Shown here: in pieces, positions 47,601 through 59,600 of the stretch | Position numbering within the stretch: position 1 is the stretch's first letter | Layout: each line of letters begins with the position of its first letter | Assembly (NCBI RefSeq): GCF_030144855.1 | Contig: NC_082730.1 | Coordinates: 15,624,001 to 15,688,000 of the forward strand | Source: Hypanus sabinus | Taxonomy: Eukaryota | Direction: 5' to 3' | Length of the DNA: 64,000 nucleotides | Translations under genes and position numbers: made by a program | Notes under the pieces: model-generated | Told to the model about the DNA's origin: nothing | Database searches by the model: none | The model's input: the letters and a program-made list of their open reading frames with translations, nothing else

Positions 47601-50600
47601 ATTGTATCACTATGATTTATATATAGTGCATTTTTTGCTATCTTATTTTGATATTTATAATAAGTATCCCTATGAACTGTATTTGTTTATATAAAATTCA
47701 ATAAGAATATTGGAAAAAGAAAAGAAAGAAAGAATAAAGTAAGAAAAGTTTCTTTAAATGGGTATTTATAATTCTTAGTAATTGTTACACACAAATAAGT
47801 AAATTGGTTTCTTACAATTTTAAAAGGAAGATAAGTATAATTTGTTACCAAATTATTCAAAGGAAAAAAATCACTAGGTAGGTTTAGGTAGGTTGAATTT
47901 ATATCCAGAAAACTGTCTAAAACAAGACAGTAGAGAAAGTGTAGAAGGTAACAAAGTCTCAACATTGGTGTGTTGCCTTTATGGCAGTTATTTAGTTTAT
48001 AATATTTTCGCTTAGTAATTCATTTGTTAGTATTTTTTAGTTAAAATTAGAATTGTTTAAAGTATATTCATTGCCCGTAAAATATATCGGCATGCGATGA
48101 CATCACATCCGGTTTTGCTGCGTCTTGTGGGAAAATACCAACTTGGGATCAACACAAGGGCGGGGGCTCGCACGAAGGAAACCAGAGCAAGAAACAGACT
48201 CGCGCAAGAAGTTGTTTGTATGCATTAGAAATCACAGTGAGAGCAACGCTGTAAGTTAATAGATAATCAATATGTTGAATTAAAATGCTAACGCTGACTC
48301 TGTTAAAAGTAATGATGGTTGATAAGGTTTATGTTTTTGTTAGTTAAAGAGTTGTGGATAGTTTGTGTTGAAGTGTATTTAAAGCAGTCCATGGCATAGG
48401 TAGATTCTGACTGTATGCTGCACTTTAATGCAATGTAGTTGTAGTTTACTTTTACAAGTATTTACAATGTAAATGTGATATCAAGAAGGGAACAAATACT
48501 GTACCAATCTTGTATTGTTTTACCAACAGTTTTCACCATACATTAATGTGAAGAGTGAACAGTAAATGGTTAATCTTACTGGACCTTGTTTTCATTGACT
48601 ATGGTTTATCTCGGCGTTTAATTCGGCGTTCCATTACACCTGAGCGAGAACGCTACAGTGAAAAAGCAGCATTATCAGGAGTTTTCGAGTGCTGCAATGA
48701 CAACTCGATCCAGCATCAAGTCGATGCCACCCAGCGACAGGGGCAGTAGGGCATCATCAAGTAAGACCGCCCAGGCTAGACCTAAAGCAGATGCCGCCCA
48801 TGTGCGGGTGGGCTTCGCCAAGCAAGCAGCAAAATTGAAAATGGAGGCGGCTGCCAGAGAAGCCGAAATCCAGAAGGAAAGGGCTGCCAGAGAAGCTGAA
48901 ATCTAGAAGGAAGCAGCAAAATTGAAAATGGAGGCAGCTGCCAGAGAAGCCAAAATCCAGTTGGAAAGGACAAGAATAGCGGCAGAGTTAGAAGTACTGA
49001 TGCTAGAACGAGAAGAAGAAGCTGCCAAGGTGGAAGCAGAGTACATAGAAGAAGCTGAAGGAATGCATGATCTGGCCGACATAAGATCTACTTCAGAAAG
49101 GACCAGATTGGAACGCACAAGTGACTATGTCCAATTTCAAACAGTCTGGAAGATTCGTTCTTCCACTCCATACTTATACGATAACGCCCCACGTCATGAG
49201 GAGTCTCAGAGAGACCCAATTGCACCACATCCATCTGAGGAAGACTATTTACCATCACAACTCCGCGATGAAGTCAAGAATGAAAGAGCTGACGACAAAT
49301 ACTTCTCAACACCAAACTTACAAGATTTGGGGAGAAGAGACGCAGGGGTCGAATTCAGGACAGCAAATTCCATAAGAAATGTACGCCCTCAGTCATATAC
49401 ACGCCAAAATATTTCCACAGCCCGCATGGCACTTGCAGTTGAACCCATGATACAGTATTTAGCACGACGGGATCTCATCACTTCGGGACTGTACCAGTTT
49501 GACGATAAACCTGAAAATTACCATGCATGGTACTCCACATTCACCAACATCATTGACGGAGTCCAGCTCAGAGCAACCCAAGAGTTGGATCTTATGGCGA
49601 AATGGCTGGGAAAAGACTCATGCAAACAGGTGAGACGCTTACGCTCAGTGTACATCAATGACCCCGGGCGAGCCTTAAACAAAGCATGGGAGAGACTTCG
49701 GGAGGGCTATGGGGCCCCCGAAATTATTGAAGTGGCGCTATACCGACGTCTGGAAAACTTTCCTAAGGTGTCAGCCAAAGATCACATTAAGTTAAGGGAG
49801 CTCGGAGATTTACTCATGGAGATTCAAGGCGCCAAAGAAGATGGCTACTCAGCTGGTCTAGTTTACCTAGATACTCCATCCGGGATTAGACAAATATTAG
49901 ACAAACTTCCATTTGGGCTGCAGGACAGGTGGCTGTCTGTTGCCTCAGAGTACAAGGAAGACCACGATGGTTGATTTCCTCCCTTTAAGCACCTCACTAG
50001 GTTTGAGTGCAAGGAGGCGAAGAAGCGAAATGACCCTAGCCTCACGGGTCCAGGAAGCAGTACGATTTACACCAAGCCAGGTAGATCCTCTTCGAACACT
50101 TTCAACATCGATAAACCCATCTCAGTGCTTAAGACTGAAGTCTTTACAACTAACCACGACCCTAGCAAGAATTGCCCATTGCATAACAAACCCCACCCCC
50201 TCAGAAAATGCAGAACGTTTAGGGAAAAATCCTTTGAAGAGAGGATGGCCCTTCTCAAGGAGAAAAGAATATGTTTTAAATGCTGTTCCTCGACCTCTCA
50301 CTTTGCTAGAGAGTGTATGATCTCTGTGAATTGCCTGGAATGTGATAGCACTAATCACGATGGGGCCATGCATCCCGGCCGGTTACCGCAAACTGACAAC
50401 GCTCCCTCACCCCCACAACAGGATGGCGGGGAGGGAGAGGCTCACTCCAGGACAACAGTTGTCAGCTCGAGCTGTACAGAAGTTTGCAGTCAAACTCAGT
50501 CAAGCCGCTCTTGTTCAAAGATCTGCCTCACTAAGGTGTACCCTAAAGGAGCCAAAGACAAGGCCATCAAAGCCTATGTAATTCTGGACGATCAGAGCAA

Positions 50601-53600
50601 TCGCTCACTAGTCAGTCCAGAGTTCTTTAAATTGTTCAACATTGAGAGCGAGCTGTTCCCATACTACCTTAGAACTTGCTCCGGCAATGCGGAAACTCAT
50701 AGAAGGAAGGCAGAAGGCTTCCAGCTCGAGTCCCTGGATGGTAAAGTCGTCATCTGTCTCCCTCCGCTCTTAGAGTGCAATGAAATCTTGAATAACCGCA
50801 CTGAGATCCCGACGCCAAGTGCGGTGCTACACCAGCCACATCTCAGCCACATCGCCAAACACATCCCAGAACTAGATCCAAAAGCAGAAATACTCCTGCT
50901 ATTAGGAAGAGATGTTCTCCGGGCACACAAGGTTAGGCAGCAGGTCAATGGACCACACAACGCCCCCTTTGCGCAACGCCTGGATCTAGGCTGGGTGGTG
51001 ATAGGAGAGGTGTGCCCTGGAAATGTATACAAACCGACGGTTAGCACACTTAAGACCAATGTGCTAGAGAGTGGCCGCCATTCAATTTTTCAACCCTGCA
51101 CAAGTTCCATGTGTATCAAGGAAGCACAACAAGGCTTTAACAAGCATAAAATAACTAAAATAACTGGATCAGTCAGTCTTCGTTCAAACTGAGCATGGTA
51201 ATAAGCTTGCTCAATCAGCTCAAGATGCCATTTTCTTAAAAACAAAGGACACCAAGGTCTTCAGAGATGAAGCAAATAATGGGGTCACCCCATTGCCTTT
51301 CAGAGAACCACGCCAGTGCTTGCCAAACAACAAAGAGCAGGCAGTCAAGCGGTTCACGCTCTTGCAAAAAACCCTGAAAAGGAAACCTAAGACACAGCAA
51401 CGCACCCGATCGACCCACGAGGTACTGTGCACACTAATGGCAGAGGTCAGAGCCATTATAAATGCACGACCACTCCTACCTGTGTCTTCTGACCCAGAAA
51501 ACTGCTTCATACTCTCCCCATCAATGTTCCTTACACAGAAGGCAAGAGCTCCCCCTCCACCAGGAGACTTCTCCAACAAGGATTTGTACACAAAGCAATG
51601 GAGACAAGTCCAAGCTCTGGCAAATCGGTTCTGGTCTCGTTGGAGACAGGAATATCTACCTTTGTTGCAACACAGACAAAAATGGACAGAACCCCGCAGG
51701 GATCTTCAAGTTGGAGATTCAGTCCTGTTCAGGAACAAGCAAATCGCCCGCAACAGCTGGCCAATGGCCAGAATCACTGCTGCATTCCCTAGTGGGGATG
51801 GACATGTCAGGAAGGTCGAGTTGAAGACTACCGACCAAGGCGATGTGAAAATTTACCAAAGGCCAGTTACAGAAGTCATTCTACTTCTACCTAATGACTG
51901 ATTTAGAGACGAAGTTTTGTATTATGTTCATTGTGACCTTACGAAGGTCAAGCGGGGAGTGTGTTGCCTTTATGGCAGTTATTTAGTTTATAATATTTTC
52001 AATTAGTAATTCATTTGTTAGTATTTTCTAGTTAAAATTAGAATTGTTTAAAGTATATTCATTACCCATAAAATATATCGGCATGTGATGACGTCTCATC
52101 CGGTTTCGCCGCGTCTTGTGGGAAAATACCGGTTTGGGATCAACACAAGGGTGGGGGCTCACACGAGGGAGACTAGAGCAAGAAACAGACTCGTGCAAGA
52201 AGTTGTTTGTATGCATTAGAAATCACAGTGAGAGCAACGCTGTAAGTTAATAGATAATCAATATGTTGAATTAAAATGTTAACGCTGACTCTGTTAAAAG
52301 TAACGACGGTCGTTAAGGTTTATGTTTTCATTAGTTAAAGAGTTGTGGATAGTTTGTGTTGAAGTGTATTTAAAGCGGTCCATGGCGTAGGTATATTCTG
52401 ACTGTACGCTGCACTTTAATGCAATGTAGTTGCAGTTTACTTTTACAAGTATTTACAATGTAAATGTGATATCAAGAAGGGAACAAATACTGTATCAATC
52501 TTGTATTGTTTTATCAACAGTTTTCACCATACATTAATGTGAAGAGTGAACAGTAAATGGTTAATCTTACTGCGACCTTGTTTTCATTGACTACGGTTTA
52601 TCTCGGCGTTTAATTTGGCATTCCTGAGTGAGAACGCTAAAAGTGGAAATAAAAAAGCAATAAGTCATCTGCATAAAGTGAAACTTTGTGGGTGATACCC
52701 TTCCGCAAAATACCAGTGATATCACTAGATTCTCAAAAAGGCAATAGCTAAGGGTTCCAAAGCCAGGTCAAAGAGCAAAGGGCTTAAAGGACAACGTTTT
52801 CTGGTTCCACATTGAAGTTGAAATAGTTTAGAATTCTGAGAATTAGTAAGAACCCGAGCAGAAGGAGGTAACGTAATTTAATCCATTGAGTAAAATTGGA
52901 CTCAAAATAAATTTTTTCTAATATTTTAAATAAATAGTGCCATTCAGCCCAATCAAAAGCCTTCTCAGCGTCTAAGGATATCACACATTCTGATATCTGC
53001 TTAGAAGGAGAATGGATAACATTTAATAACTGGTGAGTATTAAAATGGGAATATCGATTTTTAATAAATCCAGTGTGATTATCAGAAATGATATATGTTA
53101 AGGTATGTTCAATCCTACAAACCAGAACTCTAGATAGGATTTTAGTATCAACATTAAGTAAGGAAATTGGTCTATATGAAGAACATTCAGTTGGGTTCTT
53201 ATTCCTTTTAAGAATAAGCGAAATAGAAGCTTCATAAAAAGATTGCGACAACCTAGCAAACTTAAAAGAATCCGAAAAAAAAGACTGAACATAAATGATG
53301 TATACGCAGTGAAGAAAAAGCCTTATAAAATTCTCCAGAAAATCCATCAGGACCTGAAGCTTTCCCTGAGTGCAGTGAACATACAGCCTCGGCAATTTCT
53401 TCATGAGAAATAGGTTGATCCAACTGTTTATCCACAGAAAGTGTAGGAATATTTAATTGGACTAAAAAAATTATTAATTGCAGTATTATCTTTAGGAGGT
53501 TCAGAACTATAAAGTTTATTTCTAAATGATCAGTTGTCCTGACACCATTAGTTTTACAAATTTCTTTAATCTATCATTCAGCAATAGAAGTTTTAATTTG

Positions 53601-56600
53601 GTTATCCAATAATTTACCTGTTTTATCTCCATAAATATAAAATTGACTTTTATCTTTTTAGTAGTTGAGTTTCAATAGGATATGTTAATAAAAGATCATA
53701 TTTAGTTTTAATTTCAATCCATCTTTTATATAGAACAGAATCTGAAGCCAAGGCATATTCTTGGTTTAATTGTTTCAGCTGATTGGCTAAGTTAATTCTC
53801 TCTTTATTAGCTTTTTTCTTAACATGTGCAGTATAAGAAATGATTTGTCCTCTAATATATGCCTTAAAGGCATCCCATATAACAAGGCTAGAAGTCTCTT
53901 CCACCATATTCTCTTAAAAAAAGAATGATTTGTCTCTCCAAGCCAAATTTTAAAAATCCTTGTTAGATAACAAAGTTAGATTAAAACACCAGAATCTGTT
54001 TGAGGAAAACCAGGAAGATTTAAAGATAAAAGCACAAGACCATGATCCGAGATAGCAATCCCTTTATATTCACAAGATTGAACTAGTGGAATCGTTTGGC
54101 TATCAATAAAAAATAGTTAATTCTTCAATACATATGATGAACATGAGAGAAAAATCAATATTCTCTATCTGCTGGATGTAGAAAGCACCATTTATCAATA
54201 ATACCACATTTCATTAGAAATGAATGAATAAAAATGTTGATTTATTAAGTGTCACTGGTTTAGAAGATGAATGATCTAAAACTGGATCTAATCAGCAATT
54301 AAAGTCTCCTGCAATCACCAATGAGTACAAACTCAAATCAGGCAGAAACAAAAAAAAAAAATTCAAAGAATCCTGGGTCATCTATATTTGGGGCATACAC
54401 ATTAGCAAATACCATTAATTTATTCTCTAATTTCCCTGATACTATAACAAAACACCCATTAGTGTCAGAGACTACCTTGTGTTGAACAAAGGGAACTGTA
54501 TTATCTATAAAAGATGGAACTCCCCTAGCCTTGGCCTGAAAACAAGAGTAGAAATGTAATCCACTCCTTCCACTAAAAAGGTGTGAATTATCAGTTACGT
54601 ACTTGAGTTTCTTGTAAAAAAAATAATTGGGACATTATGCTTTTTAATAGAGGCAAAAATCTTACTTCGTTTCACAGGGTGATTTAACCCTTTCATGTTA
54701 AGACTAAGTAAGTTAGTAGTATAATCCATTTTAATACTATTTAAAAGAGAAGTTAGAGGGATAATCCCTGAAATGATTAATAAAACTAAACAATGACCTT
54801 TGGTAACCAAGCGGCAGATTTGGCTAAGAATCTAAAACAACTTCCAGGAAAAAAAACCCAACCCCTTTCCTCCTCCCAAAGAGAGAAAGTCGACCAAAGA
54901 AAGTCAACGTATACACCTAATGGTAACATTCCCCCAGAGAACCTACTGGCTTAGCTCCAAATTAATTTCAGGTTAAAAGTATTCTAACCTAGTCAAAACA
55001 ACAGATCAACAAAGAAACACTTAATTCTGATATCAAGAACTCTAGAGAAATATATATACTATAATATAAAATAATATGAACACACAAAGTATTAGGTCGT
55101 TAATCTTTTTCTCAAAATAAATTCTTAAAAGGTTCAAAAAGAGAGTTGACTACAAGGTTTACCAAAGGTAAAATATGCAATTATTCATGTAAAAAATAAT
55201 GAACAGTCAATTTCCTGACTTTAAAAATTTCTGAGCCTCTAAACTCAAACCATCCTTCAGGGTAATTTTGAGCCGAGCCGGATACCGTAAAGAAAGTTTA
55301 AAATTTTTGTTGACAGCTCTGACGTGACACTTTTAAACTTAGCACGCTCCATCATGCTCTCTGCTGAGAAACCTTCGCCAAGCCTAATCATTTTGCCATT
55401 GTAATTCATCATTCCTTTCCGACAGGATTCATGAATTATAAGATTCTTTGTTTAAAATTCATGAAAACAGATTATTACTGAATGAGGTCTGTTTCCAGGC
55501 ATTCTATTCCCAGGCACTCTGTGAGCTTGGTCAATCATTGGTGTCAACTTTAAAATATTAGGGAATAGCTGAACCAGAAAGTTTGCAAAGAATTCCACAG
55601 GGTAATCACATTCAGTTAACTCTTCGAGACCAAGAATTCATAAGTTATTTCTTCTGCTTCTGTTTTCTAGTACAGTAATCTTCTGTCTTAATTCTTCATT
55701 AGCCTTGGATTGTTTTTCATAAGCTTTTGCAGGTCATCCATTTTCTCATCCAGAATCAACAGAATTTCTTCATTCTCTTTTATTCATTTATCTTGCTCAG
55801 TTAAGGTTTTTTGAATACCTTCCAATTTTATATCTAGTTGTTTAGTTTCAGAGCCGAGATGCTGGAACTCTTTGGAGGATTCTTTTCTGAATCACTGAAA
55901 TTCCTCAGAAGGTTCTTTTCTGTGTTTTTTGCAGCGATTCACTAATAGAATCCAAAGATGTAGAAGGATCTTCTTTTTTAGTACCTTCAGCAGTTCTTGT
56001 AGCCATGGTAAGACAATGTCATGTTCAAAAGTAAGATTTCAAATCAGGCTGGAAAGTAGGCAAAGTAAAGTAAACTAGGAGCAACTGCAAAAAGCTGTTA
56101 TTCCATCCACAGCCAGCAGGAAAGCTTGCCTTTTCATTGAGAAAACCTCCTGTCTGTTGGGAAAAAAGTGTACTTGAACCATTATCTCGCCGTATCCAAA
56201 TTGCCAGTAAATGTAATTGGGTGCACAGGAGCACAGCAAGTAGTGTAACACTATTACAGTGCCAGCATTCAGTGATCAGGGTCCAATTTCCACCACTGTG
56301 TGCAAGTTGTTTGTACGTTCTCCCAGTGACTGTGTGGCTTTCCTCTGGGTGCCCTGGTTTCCTCCCACATTCCAGAGTTGTACAGGTTAAGATGAGTAAG
56401 TCCTGTGTAAGCCATTTTAGCGCTAGAAGCATGGAACTGTTGCAAAATGCCCCCAGCACAAATTCTGTTAGTAGCTGTTGTAAACTATTCACTCTATGCT
56501 CTGATGTATGTGTAACAAATACATCCTATCTTTAATCTTTAAATATGCATTGAGTAGTAGGTCACCTTTGGTCTACCATGCTCAAGTACCCATTGGTCTA

Positions 56601-59600
56601 ACAATTGTGCTCTCTTGTTCTTGCAAGAACAAAGCAGATGAAATTTTCTTTTCTTTTAACAGAGCCTATTGATTTCTGTGAAAAGACTGTGACAGAATTG
56701 ATGACAACTACACAAAGTGAAGAAACTACTCCAGCTCAAATGTAAAGTATAAGGTTCTCTCTACAGGGGGCTTCAATGCTACTGCTTTCAAGTAGAACCA
56801 GTTGGGAGAGAAATTGTTTCTCTTTATCTAGTGTTAATCATATTGGACATGATGAACTTCACCAAACTCATATCTTGAAAAATGAGTATTCCTGATTTTC
56901 TTGAATATGCATCAAGCCTAAGATCAAAGATAAATTTCTTTTCAAGTCACTTTAATTGTCATTTTGACCATAACTGCTGGTACAGTACATAGAAAAAATG
57001 AGACAACATTATTTCAGGACCATGGTGTTACATGACACAGTACAAAAACTAGACTGAACTACATAAAAAACAACACAGAGAAAAACTAGACTACAGACCT
57101 ACCCAGGACTGCATAAAGTGCACAAAACAGTGCAGGCATTACAATAAATAATAAACAAGACAATAGGGTGGTCAGGTGTCAGGCCATGCGCTGGGTATTG
57201 AGGGGTCTGATATCTTGGGGGAAGAAACTGTTATATAGTCTGGTTGTGAGAGCCCAAATGCTTTGGTGCCTTTTCTCAGATGGCAGGAGGGAGAAGAGTT
57301 TGTATGAGGGGTGCATGGGGTCCTTCATAATGCTGTTTGCTTTGTGGATGCAATGTGTGGTGTAAATGTCCATAATGGCGGGAAGAGAGACCCCAGTGAT
57401 CTTCTCAGCTGACCTCACTATCAGCTGCAGGGTCTTACGATCCAGTATGGTGCAAGTTCCGAACCAGGCAGTGATGCAGCTGCTCAGGATGCTCTCAATA
57501 CAACCCCTGTAGAATGTGATGAGGATGGGGGGGTGGGAGATGAACTTTCCTCAGCCTTCACAGAAAGTAGAGACACTGCTGGGCTTTCTTTGCTATGGAG
57601 CTGGTGTTGAGGGACCAGGTGAGATTCTCTGCCAGGTGAACACCAAGGAATTTGGTGCTCTTAACGATCTCCAAATACCTAATAATTTAAGCATAGCAGT
57701 TGAAGCTGATGTTCAGAGTCATGAAGTCATTGTTATATATTAGAACAATAGACCCTTCAGCCTGACTTGTCCACATCAACCAGGCTCAGCATATTTTATT
57801 TTATTTATTCCAAATCCTTCTCTGCCAGGGATTCCCAACCTGGGTCCAAGTCCAGTCCAGTCCAGTCAAGTCAAGTTTATTGTTATTTACATGTATGCTG
57901 TCTAGTGAAACACTGTTTCTCCAAACCAAGGTGTGAAGCACTGCGGTATACATAATGCATAATAACTTATGAAAGCGAGAATGAAATCTATAGATTAATT
58001 ACACATAAATAAATAAACTGAAGTGCATGAATTAAATATTGTAAAGTCCATCACATAAAAAAGCTTATGAACCCCTGTTCTTAGCCTTTCCTATCCATGT
58101 AGCTGTCATAATGTCTTTTAACCTTTGTAAATGTATCCACTTCTATGGTTTGCTATGGTAGCTTGTTCCGTATACCCCAGACTTTCTATGTATAAAGTTG
58201 CTCCTTAGATCCTATCTCTGCTCACTTTAAGCCTGCACCTGTTCACTTTACTATCCCCTTCCCTGGTAAATTGACAGTGATCATTCACCTCATTGATGCC
58301 CCCTCATGATCTTATATACCTCTGTTAAGTGACCCGTCAGCATTCTAAACTCCAGGACAAAAGTCTCATCTTATCCTACCCTCCATTATAACCCCAGCCA
58401 TCCATTCTCAGGAATGTCCTCATGACTTTTCTGCTGCACCCTTTCCAGTCTCATGATATCTTTCCGAGAACCAGGAGACAACAACAGCACATGGTATTTG
58501 AAGAGTGGTCTCACTAACATCTTGTACAGCCATAACATAACATAATAATCATGTACTCAGTGCCCTTACCAACAAAGTAAGTATACCAAATGCCTTCTTC
58601 AATACCCTGTTTACCCGTGTCACCATTTTCAGGTAAAAATGTACCTGGAAGCCTCGATCTCTTTTCTAGAACATTCTCCTACCATTTTACTGTGTATGTC
58701 TTGCCCTGGTTTAACTTACTAAAATTCAAAACCTCCAATTTGAAAAACCCCACTACAACCCGCTCACTCCTCCCACCAAGCCAAAGTTATATTAGGTACC
58801 TCACCCTGAATCCCATGTTGATCTAAACCTCTGGAGCAGTATATATGGGTCCTTGTCAAAAGTCTTACTAAGGTTCATGTAGACGACATCCATTGCCCTA
58901 CCCTCATTAATCCTTTCTGTCTGTAATGAGCTCTTTGGGCCTGTGCGGGGAGCCAGAGAGCATTGAGCTCCAAATTTTTCAGAGCACCTGAATTATTTAA
59001 TTGTAGTTTAACAAGAGTCATTAATCCTTTAGAGATCCTTGGGTTTTTCTTGAGCAACTCACTCTTTGTAATAGGGATCCTAGTGCTTTCTGTTTAAACT
59101 TGTTAAGTTTATTTTGACAGGCTCAGGAATTCCAAGTTACTTGTAAAACTTAAGCAGATGCCTGATTAGTGCTAATCGTGGGGTCGTATTTGAGAGCATC
59201 TGGTATTGCAGTTGCCGCTCAGCCAAGCCATTGATATTCTAGTGGAATTCCTATGAATAAACTTTGGTCTCCATCTCTACATTGAAGTTTGGCTTTCCTG
59301 CGCAATTGGGTTCCAACATTGCCAGCGTACATCGTGACAATGTCACCTCTACAAAAAGCTCAATCGTATTGGTGAGATCTGATTCCCCATGCTGTCTATC
59401 CATTATCAGTCCTCGCCTATCCAGTTGCTCAGAATCTTCTCCTGTAACGTTCCTTCCACTGACATTGGTCTCACTGGTCTGCAGCTTCCTGGTGTGCCTT
59501 TGTACCCCTTTTTAATAAAGACACCACATTTGCCTTTGATCATCCACACTTTTGTTCCTTCACTTGTGGTAATGATGATGCAAGTATCTCTGCCAAAGTA

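Noticed and set aside
59287-59371. Alternative stalk exon candidate ending at ...ATCGTATTG|gtgaga
   Set aside because: The available frames either do not bridge phase 1 to 2 or create TGA on joining the TM exon; 56663-56741 fits better.
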